64,000 nt of DNA from a candidate division WWE3 bacterium (GCA_003599255.1 QZJF01000016.1:863-64862), one strand, 5' to 3'. Shown: positions 9,633-18,848, counted from the first letter of the stretch. The notes: generated from the letters alone by a model not told the origin. Made by a program: numbers and translations.

Positions 9633-9890
9633 AAACTTTGTAGTTTGGGAAAACACGCCCCTATTATGCGAATTAACATTTGAATATACTCTGTTTCCTG
9701 GTTCGCTTCTGTTCCTTGCAAACATAAATATCTACAAGAAAGTTTTTAATAATTGTGAGAAGAATAAAATTGCTGATTATGAGTTGTTAGGGGAGTTTGA
9801 AACATTGATATCAAAGGATTTCGTTCGGATATCGTATACTTGGCTCCCCATTCAGGTCTTTATCCGAAGTTTATTTCCTGTTTTATATTG

Positions 9891-10424
9891 TTAACTGTAG
9901 TTGGGATCTGGCTTATAGTCTTTTGGTAAAACTACTTCGGGAGAAAATCTTTTTGCGTAATTGGCTAAAGTATCTAGTCCTACAAAAAATCTTCTTTTAT
10001 CTACTTCTTGAATGTTTTCTATACTATAAAATTCCATTTTTCCCTCTGAGTTAGATTTTATTTGTGAACCATATACTTGTGGTTTACCTAAGTACATATT
10101 CACACGGTCTTCTAATAATGCAGTATTTTTTGGCGAAACTTTGTCCTGATGAGATAGCATTAAATATAGGTATTTTTCCATAAACTCGATATCACTTTTG
10201 GGAGCATGTTGAACAATTAACCAGGCCGATTTAGAAATCTCTTCGCCAAAGCGTGGGATATCTATTAATCCGTATTTTTCTACAACCTCCTTTAATATAT
10301 TGGTATGTTTTTGATCTATTTTGGTAAGCTCATCCCAGTCGATATTTGGGCTATTACGCATTTCTTGATCGACTTTTTTCATATCTAGGATGGTTTTTTT
10401 GATTTGTTCGAATGTATTATCCAT
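9891..10424 (-). CDS. hypothetical protein, probably co-transcribed downstream of the ATP-grasp ligase (possible accessory protein of the graspetide locus)
   Basis: 177 aa with no TM segment. Lies 46 nt downstream of the ATP-grasp gene on the same strand. Confidence 0.4.
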   Translation of the reverse strand: MDNTFEQIKKTILDMKKVDQEMRNSPNIDWDELTKIDQKHTNILKEVVEKYGLIDIPRFGEEISKSAWLIVQHAPKSDIEFMEKYLYLMLSHQDKVSPKNTALLEDRVNMYLGKPQVYGSQIKSNSEGKMEFYSIENIQEVDKRRFFVGLDTLANYAKRFSPEVVLPKDYKPDPNYS

Positions 10425-10469
10425 AAAAAAAGAGAGATGTTGCAGGCAAGTTACAACATCTCCATGTTA

Positions 10470-11429
10470 TCATATCGACCCTTTACTCAGCATTTCGGCC
10501 ATTGCTTTGGAAATAACGATATTAGTATTTTCCTCCACGAATGCCCATTGTCCATTTGGATTCAGCTCTAAGAACCAATATATGCCTTCGGCATCTCGAG
10601 CTAATTCAATAACGCCAAACGGTAATCCTAGTTCTCTGAGATATCGTACACACTTGTCGGAAATCTCCTCCGGTAATTCAATCGGATCATAAGCTACTTG
10701 TCCGGTTGTAATCCCAGTCCTCCAGTCGGCTTTATTTTCCATTGAGCCTAAAGGAGTTGTGGAACATGCGAAAACTTGGTTACCAACGATAGTAATACGA
10801 ATATCCAGCTTTGGTGATATCTCCTGTTGGAATATCGTAGGTGTCAGGTGTAGCCCGCTAGTGTTTAAGGGCATTCCCTTGGCAATAGACGTAGCATAAA
10901 ACGCCTTAATACTGTTTCCGTCCTCAGACAGGAGTGGTGTGAATTTCAACGGCTTTGCCACTATTGAAGGAAATCGATCCTGAAAGTCTTCGATCTGCGT
11001 GCTATCGTTTGTAACAATTGTCTCCGGAACACAAAAACCCAGTCTTTGCGCTATTGCCAGTTGTAAAACCTTGTTATTTGCACGCATATGATTCTGGTAA
11101 GGCGATACCCAGAATTTGTCAGCAAGTAGATCGAAAAGCAATTTAACTCCCGAGGAATAGGCGTTATGGGCATACTCCTTATACTCTTCAGGTACCGGGT
11201 ATTGTGCTCGCTTTATGAAAGCTGGTTTTCTATACCATACAGAGCGCACAGAACTTAGATCTATACCGTTGTAAATCACACTAACAATTCCATCTCTGGT
11301 TACGTAGGTTAACTTCCCAGTTTCCGGAAAAGTGAATGTGTCGATTATAAGCATTTGTTCATCAAGGTGCTGTTGGACAAAGGGTAAATGCGAATCATCA
11401 GCTACAGATACTACAAGTATCGATGCCAT
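10470..11429 (-). CDS. ATP-grasp ligase of the microviridin/graspetide maturase type (MdnC/MvdD-like)
   Basis: FLELNPNGQW, LDIRITIVGNQVF, KADWRTG and VWYRKPAF motifs closely resemble recalled MdnC motifs (FLEINPVGEFFW, LELRITIVGEQIF, KYDWRKEG, VWYRR). ATG start with AAGGAG SD. Confidence 0.7.
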   Translation of the reverse strand: MASILVVSVADDSHLPFVQQHLDEQMLIIDTFTFPETGKLTYVTRDGIVSVIYNGIDLSSVRSVWYRKPAFIKRAQYPVPEEYKEYAHNAYSSGVKLLFDLLADKFWVSPYQNHMRANNKVLQLAIAQRLGFCVPETIVTNDSTQIEDFQDRFPSIVAKPLKFTPLLSEDGNSIKAFYATSIAKGMPLNTSGLHLTPTIFQQEISPKLDIRITIVGNQVFACSTTPLGSMENKADWRTGITTGQVAYDPIELPEEISDKCVRYLRELGLPFGVIELARDAEGIYWFLELNPNGQWAFVEENTNIVISKAMAEMLSKGSI

Positions 11430-11459
11430 TAGTTTCTCCTTCTAGGATCATGTGAAATG

Positions 11460-11498
11460 GGGAAATAGGTCTCTGTTGTTACATAACACCTATTTCCC
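11460..11498 (-). promoter_or_regulatory. Intercistronic perfect 11-bp stem hairpin (gggaaataggt / acctatttccc, 17-nt loop) between precursor gene and ATP-grasp gene; no U-tract
   Basis: Read directly. Precursor-downstream stem-loops are common in RiPP operons and are thought to set precursor:enzyme transcript ratios. Confidence 0.45.
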
Positions 11499-11505
11499 TG
11501 CTGGG

Positions 11506-11631
11506 TTAATCGTCCTCGGCGTAGTCGCCATCATGGTCAGGTCCGACAGTAGTCGTGTTGGTTTGAGTTCCACCCACACAAGCAACTGTTACGGGAGCTA
11601 CGATCATAAGATCTGCACCAAACGGTTCCAT
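11506..11631 (-). CDS. candidate graspetide precursor peptide (41 aa): MEPFGADLMIVAPVTVACVGGTQTNTTTVGPDHDGDYAEDD
   Basis: Small ORF immediately upstream of and on the same strand as the ATP-grasp gene. Extended SD agaaaggagg 8 nt before ATG. Core has a Thr cluster (T22,T24,T26-28) followed by an Asp/Glu cluster (D32,D34,D36,E39-D41). Leader PFGADL is reminiscent of the microviridin PFFARFL motif. Confidence 0.6.
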   Translation of the reverse strand: MEPFGADLMIVAPVTVACVGGTQTNTTTVGPDHDGDYAEDD

Positions 11632-11664
11632 GGCTTATTCCTCCTTTCTTATGTGATAATCCTA

Positions 11665-11693
11665 CATATACAGCCTCGTGTGCCCTTAGTCAA
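11665..11693 (-). promoter_or_regulatory. possible sigma70-type promoter for the precursor-ATP-grasp operon (TTGACT-17-TATATG on minus strand)
   Basis: On the plus strand, agtcaa at 11688-11693 and catata at 11665-11670. About 30 nt upstream of the precursor SD. Confidence 0.3.
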
Positions 11694-11823
11694 CGATAGT
11701 CAAAAAGTTAGGGTTTTCGCCAGTTATTTATCCGTATATGAAGTAGCAGTTCGAATATAGTTTAATTTGGATTGTTATAGAAAAATCTGATTATTTGTTG
11801 CTATGAAAACTAAAAGTCGTTAC

Positions 11824-11898
11824 TGGCTCCCCCGGCTGGATTCGAACCAGCGACCTAGCGCTTAACAGGCGCCCGCTCTACCGCTGAGCTACAGGGGA
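11824..11898 (-). tRNA. tRNA-Asn (anticodon GUU), CCA encoded
   Basis: Cloverleaf folded by hand: U1-A72 acceptor start as in E. coli tRNA-Asn, D-stem GCTC/GAGC, anticodon loop CTGTTAA, T-loop GGTTCGAATCC. Confidence 0.85.
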
Positions 11899-11988
11899 TT
11901 AACCGCACTCTAGACAACACAACCGGCTGCCCTCGGTACATGCAAAATACTAACACATGGTCATATAGTCATCAATATACGAAGAAGC

Positions 11989-12912
11989 CTAGGCAGTGTT
12001 GGACGGAGGGTTGATGTCTTCAAGGTTCTTGGGTTCTTTTCTGTCCTCCGCTTTCTCGTCTTTTGCCAGATTCATAATTACCACCATGGCAAAGCCTATA
12101 TTTACAAGGGCAAACCAGAAGGGTAGATTCATATTAAATCCCACTGCATTGATCAAAACCTCGATTGTAATTGGCAAAGTCATGGCGTGCAGACATACTT
12201 GCATATTCTGCGTATACGTAAGCTTGGAACCGAAAATAAACGAACCCATCCAGGTAATGAACGCCGCCATCAAAATATAAATTGTCCTTAGTACGAGGTA
12301 GTAAAATAGTGTTCCCAAAAATATGAAGACTGCCAGTATGTATGGCAAATACTTGGTGAAAGATCGTACGCTTTCGACTGTGCTATCAAATTTCGATCTA
12401 TCAAATTGGGTGTCCGGGAGCTCTTCAATGGGATATACATCGTATTTGTTTGCCTGTTTAACTAACACATTCTTTTCGTTTACCAAAATAAGAGTATTGA
12501 GATTTTCAAAATCCTCTACAGTTCCGTTGTGGTCAAACACAATTAGATTTTCCGGAATTTCTGCTGCAGGGGTTTCAGGTGCCTGAGCCATGTCTTCCAG
12601 GCTTTCAACCTCAGGGAAAGGAATAATCAACGGTTCGGGTAGATTTATTGACCATTCGTTACCTTTAGTGGATATTACAAGCTCGGAAGGGAAGACATCC
12701 TTAATTTTTGTAAGCATCTCTTCCATTGTTCTGTTCAGCTCCGGATAAATATTAAATGAAACTGAAATAGTAATCAGGATCGAAGAAATAACGGCTAGTG
12801 AAAAGAAGTACTTTAGAGAAAAGGCAAGTGTAGTCTTTAGGACATCTTTGTAGTATCCTATAGATAGTAAACTGTTTTTATAAACGTAAACAAAGGCTTT
12901 GAGCTTATTCAT
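11989..12912 (-). CDS. hypothetical membrane protein
   Basis: 307 aa. N-terminal and C-terminal hydrophobic segments flank a soluble acidic region. Confidence 0.45.
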   Translation of the reverse strand: MNKLKAFVYVYKNSLLSIGYYKDVLKTTLAFSLKYFFSLAVISSILITISVSFNIYPELNRTMEEMLTKIKDVFPSELVISTKGNEWSINLPEPLIIPFPEVESLEDMAQAPETPAAEIPENLIVFDHNGTVEDFENLNTLILVNEKNVLVKQANKYDVYPIEELPDTQFDRSKFDSTVESVRSFTKYLPYILAVFIFLGTLFYYLVLRTIYILMAAFITWMGSFIFGSKLTYTQNMQVCLHAMTLPITIEVLINAVGFNMNLPFWFALVNIGFAMVVIMNLAKDEKAEDRKEPKNLEDINPPSNTA

Positions 12913-12940
12913 ACTTTTATTTTAACATCCCTATCTATAT

Positions 12941-12970
12941 TTGACAGCGTACCTAGATATAGACTATTAT
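12941..12970 (+). promoter_or_regulatory. near-consensus sigma70 promoter (TTGACA-N18-TATTAT) with overlapping short inverted repeat (tataga/tctata), upstream of regulator-suf operon
   Basis: Read directly. The annotated TTG start of the ArsR ORF coincides with the -35 hexamer. Confidence 0.45.
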
Positions 12971-13285
12971 CTATACGTGAAAGAAAAGAAAGTAAACCAT
13001 ACAGAAGTAAAACATACATGTTCCGCGTGCTTTGCATGCCTTGGAGTCCCATCTCGAATGGAGATATACAGGTTTTTGAAAGATAACGGCAAAAGCAACG
13101 TATCCTCTATTGTCGGTGCATTCAAGCTAACCCAGCCTACTATTTCCTATCATCTCAAAGAAATGCGCGACTCCGGTATTCTTATCTCAAAGAAAGTGGG
13201 CAAAGAAGTCTACTATAGTTTGAGCGGCCATTGCCCGTCTTTCAGTCAGGATTGTGTTTTAAATTCAATCGAATTTCCCGCTTAA
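12941..13285 (+). CDS. ArsR/SmtB-family HTH transcriptional regulator with N-terminal CxxCxxC; likely regulator of the downstream suf operon
   Basis: HTH LTQPTISYHLKEMRDSGIL with CSACFAC upstream. The true start is probably GTG 12980 or ATG 13058 rather than TTG 12941. Confidence 0.55.
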   Translation: MTAYLDIDYYLYVKEKKVNHTEVKHTCSACFACLGVPSRMEIYRFLKDNGKSNVSSIVGAFKLTQPTISYHLKEMRDSGILISKKVGKEVYYSLSGHCPSFSQDCVLNSIEFPA

Positions 13286-13286
13286 T

Positions 13287-14015
13287 ATGTTAGCTATTAA
13301 AAATCTACACTCTTCTATTGGCGGCAGCGAAATATTAAAGGGCGTAAATCTTGATGTGTTGGAAGGCAAAGTCCATGCACTCATGGGACAGAATGGCTCC
13401 GGTAAAAGTACTCTTGCTCAGACAATTATGGGTCATCCTTCATTTGAGGTGACTGCAGGTGATATTGAATTAAACGGTACTTCTATTTTGGATATGGAAC
13501 CTACGGAGCGCGCGAGAGCAGGTATATTCCTGTCTTTTCAATATCCAAGCGAAGTAGGAGGAGTCAATATTGCCAGTTATTTAAGGCTTATTTACAACAA
13601 AAGCCATGATGCGCACCTTTCCCCGGTAAAGTTCAGGGAAATACTGAAAGAAAAGATGGAGATTCTCCGCATGAAAGAGGATTTCCTCAGCAGGTACCTT
13701 AATGACGGATTTTCAGGAGGAGAGAAAAAAAGAATGGAGATGTTGCAAATGCTGGTGTTAGAACCAAAACTCGTAATTTTGGACGAGGTTGACAGCGGCC
13801 TTGATATTGATGCAGTTAAAATAGTTTCTGCAGCGGTACAGCACCTGCACGAAGCAACGAGGGCTTCAATTTTAATTATTACCCACTATAGCCGTATCCT
13901 TAAGTATATTGAACCGGATTTTGTTCATATCATGAAAGACGGCTTGATAGCCAAAACAGGCGGTGCGGAACTTGCCAATGAGCTGGAAGAAAAAGGCTAC
14001 GCACACATCGCCTAA
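13287..14015 (+). CDS. sufC: SufC, Fe-S cluster assembly ATPase
   Basis: ABC ATPase Walker A GQNGSGKST, signature LSGGEKKR, Walker B LVILDEVDSGLD. First gene of the suf cluster. Confidence 0.9.
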   Translation: MLAIKNLHSSIGGSEILKGVNLDVLEGKVHALMGQNGSGKSTLAQTIMGHPSFEVTAGDIELNGTSILDMEPTERARAGIFLSFQYPSEVGGVNIASYLRLIYNKSHDAHLSPVKFREILKEKMEILRMKEDFLSRYLNDGFSGGEKKRMEMLQMLVLEPKLVILDEVDSGLDIDAVKIVSAAVQHLHEATRASILIITHYSRILKYIEPDFVHIMKDGLIAKTGGAELANELEEKGYAHIA

Positions 14016-14026
14016 GTTTCTAAACT

Positions 14027-15463
14027 ATGTCTGAAAAACCTAAAGCAGTAAAAAAACAGAAATCTAACGTAGGTGACCTGCGAGCTGATTACAAGACAAA
14101 GTACGGTTTTAATATGCCGGATAAATCAGTTTACAGGACAAAGAGAGGCCTTAATGAAGAGGTTATAAGAGATATCTCAAAAACTAAAGATGAGCCTGAA
14201 TGGATGCTTAATTTCAGGCTAAGAGCATATAAAACATTCAAGGAAAGGCCCATGCCTCAATGGGGTGCTAATCTCAACGATATAAACTTTGATGAAATAG
14301 TTTATTATCTTAAACCTACGGACCAGGAAAAACGCAGCTGGGAAGATGTACCCGAAGAAATCAAGCAAACATTTGAAAGACTGGGAATTCCCCAAGCGGA
14401 ACGTGAGTTTCTTGCCGGTGTTAAGGCCCAATATGATTCTGAAGTAGCGTATTCGTCTTTAAGAGACGAACTTGAAGAAGAGGGTGTTATTTTTCTTTCT
14501 ACTGATGAGGCTCTTAGAAAATATCCGCAACTTTTCGAAGAATATTTCGGCAAGGCTATTCCACCGGCAGATAACAAGTTTGCTGCGCTTAACAGTGCAG
14601 TGTGGTCGGGAGGTTCCTTTGTATATATTCCAAAAGGCGTTGAGGTCAAAAGGCCATTGCAGGCATATTTCCGAATAAACGCAGCCAGGATGGGTCAGTT
14701 TGAACGAACCTTGATTATTGCCGAGGAGGGTAGTTTTGCCCATTACGTGGAAGGTTGTACGGCTCCGGTATATTCCAGCGATTCGCTTCATGCTGCTGTA
14801 GTGGAGGTTTTTGTAAAGCCCGGGGCACGTTTCAGATACACCACCATACAGAACTGGTCCAACGATGTTTACAATCTTGTTACTAAGAGAGCGCGAGTGG
14901 AAAAGGATGGGGTTATGGAATGGATAGACGGAAATCTGGGATCAAAAATTACCATGAAATATCCTTCATGCTATCTTGTCGGCGAAAACGCCCATGGCGA
15001 AGTGCTGTCCATTGCTTATGCAGGCCAGGGGATGCATCAAGACGCAGGAGCAAAAATGATTCACCTTGCACCTAATACCTCATCAACTATAATCTCAAAA
15101 TCTATAAGCGCCTACGGCGGAAGGACCAGTTACAGAGGCCTGGTAAATGTATCTCCGTTGGCAGAAAACTCAAAAAGCAGGGTTGAGTGTGACGCTTTGA
15201 TTTTGGATGCCGATTCAGCTTCCGATACATTTCCCGTTATGAAAATCAGCAACAGTTCGGCTCAAATTGAGCATGAGGCTACTGTCAGCAAGATAGGAGA
15301 AGAAAAACTTTTTTATCTGATGAGCCGTGGTCTTACCGAACCGGAAGCTATGAGTTTAATTGTTTCGGGATTTATTGAACCTATCGTAAAAGAACTTCCC
15401 ATGGAGTACTCGTTGGAGCTTAACAGATTAATTGAGTTGGAAATGGAAGGGAGTGTCGGTTAA
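14027..15463 (+). CDS. sufB: SufB, Fe-S cluster assembly scaffold
   Basis: 478 aa with characteristic SufB C-terminal beta-helix region. Located between sufC and sufD/sufS. Confidence 0.85.
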   Translation: MSEKPKAVKKQKSNVGDLRADYKTKYGFNMPDKSVYRTKRGLNEEVIRDISKTKDEPEWMLNFRLRAYKTFKERPMPQWGANLNDINFDEIVYYLKPTDQEKRSWEDVPEEIKQTFERLGIPQAEREFLAGVKAQYDSEVAYSSLRDELEEEGVIFLSTDEALRKYPQLFEEYFGKAIPPADNKFAALNSAVWSGGSFVYIPKGVEVKRPLQAYFRINAARMGQFERTLIIAEEGSFAHYVEGCTAPVYSSDSLHAAVVEVFVKPGARFRYTTIQNWSNDVYNLVTKRARVEKDGVMEWIDGNLGSKITMKYPSCYLVGENAHGEVLSIAYAGQGMHQDAGAKMIHLAPNTSSTIISKSISAYGGRTSYRGLVNVSPLAENSKSRVECDALILDADSASDTFPVMKISNSSAQIEHEATVSKIGEEKLFYLMSRGLTEPEAMSLIVSGFIEPIVKELPMEYSLELNRLIELEMEGSVG

Positions 15464-15464
15464 T

Positions 15465-16055
15465 ATGATTTCAAAAATAGTACATCCGGAAGAAAATACC
15501 AAATTTCAAGTTACTGAAAACACCCAGTTTATAGCATTATTTAATGATTACCCTGACGGGAAAGAGTGTAAGATCGAACTGGAATTTAATACAGAGGGCA
15601 TCTCGGCGGAAATCATATGCCTTTATAGATTACCAGAGAGAAAATCTCTTCATTTAACAACTGTTGCTAAACATATTGTTCCTCATACTTCCTGCAATAC
15701 GGTTGTGCGCGGTGTACTGGAATCTAAAACTGATTCTTACTACATTGGAAAGATACTGATAAAAAAGCAGGCACAGCAAACATCTTCGTACCTGAGTGAC
15801 CGGGTTTTGGTTCTAGGTGATGGTGTTAAGAACAATTCAGAGCCTATTTTGGAGATTGAGGCCGATGATGTCAGCGCATCTCATGGTGCCTCCACGGGCA
15901 GAATAAATCCTGATGAAATTTATTATCTTCAATCAAGAGGTTTGAACGAAAAAGAGTCGTCCGACCTAATAGTAGAAGGGTTTTTTAATAAAGTTTTAGA
16001 AACCATCGCCGATCCGGAAGTTAGGGAACTTGCGGCAAATGCGGTAAAATCCTAA
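15465..16055 (+). CDS. sufD: SufD-like protein (short form)
   Basis: Conserved SufB/SufD C-terminal region (HGASTGRINPDEIYYLQSRGL). ATG at 15465 lies 1 nt after the sufB stop and has a purine-rich SD. The ORF track's 15432 start overlaps sufB. Confidence 0.6.
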   Translation: MISKIVHPEENTKFQVTENTQFIALFNDYPDGKECKIELEFNTEGISAEIICLYRLPERKSLHLTTVAKHIVPHTSCNTVVRGVLESKTDSYYIGKILIKKQAQQTSSYLSDRVLVLGDGVKNNSEPILEIEADDVSASHGASTGRINPDEIYYLQSRGLNEKESSDLIVEGFFNKVLETIADPEVRELAANAVKS

Positions 16056-16057
16056 TC

Positions 16058-17278
16058 ATGGGGACCGAAGCATTAAAAAAAGACTTTCCTATATTTAAGG
16101 TAAAAATAAACAATCATCCGCTTATTTATTTGGACAATGCGGCAACAACCCAGAAGCCGAAGAAGGTGCTACAAGCTATTAGCAATTTTTACAGCTACTC
16201 TAATGCTAATGTTCATAGAGGTGTGCACACTCTTAGCGAGGAAGCTTCGGAAATGTATGACGAGGCCCGAAGAAAAATAGCACGCTTCATAAATGCCTCT
16301 CACGAAAGCGAGGTAATATTTACCAGCGGTGCTACGGACAGCCTTAACTTTGTTGCATCCACCTGGGCGAGGAATAATCTCAAGCCCGGAGATGTCATCC
16401 TGGTGACCGACGCTGAACATCACAGTAATCTCGTGCCCTGGCAGATAGTCGCGCAACAGACCGGCGCGGAACTTGACTTTGTGGAGGTTGGAGAGACACA
16501 GGAAATTACATTGAATAATTTTAAAAATAAGATCTCGGAAAAAGTAAAATTGGCAGCATTTTTCCATTGTTCAAATGTCTTGGGAGCAATGCTTCCGGTG
16601 AGGGAAATTTCAAAATTAGTTAAGAATAATGGCGGGATAGTAGTGGTTGATGGCGCTCAGGCTGTACCTCATGTGCCTGTGAATGTTCAGAATCTTGATT
16701 GCGATTTTTATGCCTTTTCTGGTCACAAAATGCTTGGACCAATGGGAACAGGTGTTTTGTGGATGAAGCGCGATCTTCTGGACAAGGTCGAACCTTACAG
16801 ATATGGCGGCGGAATGATCGATTTGGTCGAGATGAAACATTCAACTTGGGCTGATCCACCTGAGAAATTCGAAGCAGGCACGCCTAATGTTGCCGGAATC
16901 TTCGGATTGGGTGCCGCGGTCGACTATCTTACCGAGATAGGTATGGAAAATATTATGAAACACGAACGAGAAGTTATAAACTATGCCGCTTCGGAATTAA
17001 GCAAGTTTGAAAGAGTAAAAATTCTCGGTCCAAAGGATGTGAACGAAAGATATGGCATGATTACCTTTTACACCGAAGGAGCACATGCGCACGACGTAGC
17101 AACTGTTCTTAATTCTTACGGTGTCGCGGTCAGATCGGGGCATCACTGCACAATGCCGCTACATAAGAAATACGATATACCTGCATCACTCAGAGCGAGC
17201 TTTTATATATACAATAATAAAGATGATGTAGACGTGTTGACCGGAGCTTTAAAGAAAGCGTTCGAAATTTTAGGCTAA
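16058..17278 (+). CDS. sufS: SufS, cysteine desulfurase (class V aminotransferase)
   Basis: PLP-lysine motif SGHKMLGP and active-site GHHC near the C-terminus. 406 aa. Confidence 0.9.
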   Translation: MGTEALKKDFPIFKVKINNHPLIYLDNAATTQKPKKVLQAISNFYSYSNANVHRGVHTLSEEASEMYDEARRKIARFINASHESEVIFTSGATDSLNFVASTWARNNLKPGDVILVTDAEHHSNLVPWQIVAQQTGAELDFVEVGETQEITLNNFKNKISEKVKLAAFFHCSNVLGAMLPVREISKLVKNNGGIVVVDGAQAVPHVPVNVQNLDCDFYAFSGHKMLGPMGTGVLWMKRDLLDKVEPYRYGGGMIDLVEMKHSTWADPPEKFEAGTPNVAGIFGLGAAVDYLTEIGMENIMKHEREVINYAASELSKFERVKILGPKDVNERYGMITFYTEGAHAHDVATVLNSYGVAVRSGHHCTMPLHKKYDIPASLRASFYIYNNKDDVDVLTGALKKAFEILG

Positions 17279-17282
17279 ATAT

Positions 17283-17666
17283 ATGGATAACGAAATATAT
17301 AAAGAAGAACTCATGGACGTGTACAGAAACCCTTTAAACAAGGGGAAACTGGATAATCCGTCCGTTTCAATTCTTGAAAGAAACCCGATGTGTGGGGATG
17401 AGATTAATCTCCAGTTGTCTATCAAGGATGGAGTTGTGAGTGACGTAAAATTTGATGGGAGTGCATGTGCCATAAGCATAATCTCGTCCTCGCTGGTGAC
17501 CGAAGATATATTGGGAAAAAAGGTTAATGAGATTCGCGACTACGATAGGCAAAAATTATTGGATTTGGTGGGTTTGAACTTATCTACCAGTCGTGTAAAG
17601 TGTGCGACATTAGTTTTAACTGCCCTTCAAAAGGCAATAAAACAATATGACTCAGGAAAAAAGTAA
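17283..17666 (+). CDS. sufU: SufU/IscU-like Fe-S/sulfur-transfer scaffold
   Basis: NPMCGD ... GSACAIS ... KCA three-Cys pattern of the NifU/SufU family. Confidence 0.8.
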   Translation: MDNEIYKEELMDVYRNPLNKGKLDNPSVSILERNPMCGDEINLQLSIKDGVVSDVKFDGSACAISIISSSLVTEDILGKKVNEIRDYDRQKLLDLVGLNLSTSRVKCATLVLTALQKAIKQYDSGKK

Positions 17667-17901
17667 AACACAAAAGAATAAACAACAGATTAAAATAACC
17701 AAGGACATGAATCTTGGAGAAGTTGTATTTAAATATCCTGAAGTGGCAGAGATTCTCACAGATTACGGACTGCATTGTGTAGGTTGTTTTGCCAGCTCTT
17801 TTGACACCATAGAAATGGGGGCTAAGATTCATCAGATGACTCCCGAGGAAATTGACGAGATGATGGAACGCGTTAACGAAGTGTTAAACTACAAGGAATG
17901 A
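17647..17901 (+). CDS. DUF1858-type small redox protein (hybrid-cluster-protein-associated disulfide domain-like)
   Basis: 84 aa. GLHCVGC motif with the characteristic short helical domain. Overlaps the sufU end by 20 nt. Confidence 0.5.
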   Translation: MTQEKSKTQKNKQQIKITKDMNLGEVVFKYPEVAEILTDYGLHCVGCFASSFDTIEMGAKIHQMTPEEIDEMMERVNEVLNYKE

Positions 17902-18143
17902 GGCAAACCGATAAATTTCCAAAAAAGAAAACTATACATAAAGTTGTGGTAGACAGAAAGCTGTGTATTGGCGCTGCCACGTGTGTTGTAATTGCTCCGC
18001 GAACTTTTGAATTGGACGATGAAAAGATTGCGATAGTGTTACCTAAAGGAGAGAATGAAGACGATGATACATTATTTATGGCCGCTCAGTCTTGTCCGAC
18101 GCAGGCAATATTGTTATACGACGAGTTTGGGAATAAAATCTAG
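17898..18143 (+). CDS. small 4Fe-4S ferredoxin
   Basis: CIGAATC...SCP pattern of single-cluster ferredoxins. ATGA overlap with the upstream gene. Confidence 0.6.
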   Translation: MRQTDKFPKKKTIHKVVVDRKLCIGAATCVVIAPRTFELDDEKIAIVLPKGENEDDDTLFMAAQSCPTQAILLYDEFGNKI

Positions 18144-18149
18144 TTGATT

Positions 18150-18848
18150 ATGCGTATTCTCAAAAATGTTATTTCTCCCGTAATGTTTTTTTACTGTTTC
18201 ACTTTTTTACTTTTGGTAATAGTTATTATTCAACGATGGCAGATTGAGGATTTAGAAGAGGCATTAAATAACTCCAAAGTAGCTAATCAAAGTTATTTTT
18301 CCAGACTCAATGAACTTGAGAAGGAACTTGATGCAAAAGAACCCAATCCTGCTTATGATACTTACGGTACTTTTGAACCGCCAAACTATCCGGGCTATAC
18401 ATTGGACTGGAAGTTGCTGGTGAGCGAAGAAAACAACTTTCTTTTTCTTTATCCAAATGATTTATCTATATCGAAAAATTCAGGGGCCAAATATGCGGCC
18501 ATTGAACTGTCCGGAATTTCCAATGAAAGATACGTTTATGCCAGAAGGTTGGACAATCTTGAAATTACCAGCCACGAAAAAAGGCTTGAATTTGACAGTC
18601 TAATCGGGAAGATTAACGAACAGGCCGCGGTGTCTATAGAAAGCGGATACAGCGTATTTCCTAATCCTTTGCTTTCGTCTTCATCCGACATAATTTATTT
18701 CTTGGAGGTGGACACTGAAACAAATATGTCTTACAACAGTGTATTGATAACCAACCCCGGTTGGCCGGAGGTTACGTTGCTCAGGACACGCGGATTAAAC
18801 GAGACAGAAGTCGAAGAAGTGATAGGTAGCTTTAAGTATCTCCGCTGA
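18150..18848 (+). CDS. hypothetical protein with N-terminal TM anchor
   Basis: ORF track start is a TTG (18144). The first ATG is at 18150. Confidence 0.4.
   Translation: MRILKNVISPVMFFYCFTFLLLVIVIIQRWQIEDLEEALNNSKVANQSYFSRLNELEKELDAKEPNPAYDTYGTFEPPNYPGYTLDWKLLVSEENNFLFLYPNDLSISKNSGAKYAAIELSGISNERYVYARRLDNLEITSHEKRLEFDSLIGKINEQAAVSIESGYSVFPNPLLSSSSDIIYFLEVDTETNMSYNSVLITNPGWPEVTLLRTRGLNETEVEEVIGSFKYLR

Noticed and set aside
11452-11760. 102-aa plus-strand ORF opposite the precursor peptide region
   Set aside because: No RBS. Antisense to the strongly RBS-supported precursor ORF and overlapping the promoter region. Likely spurious.
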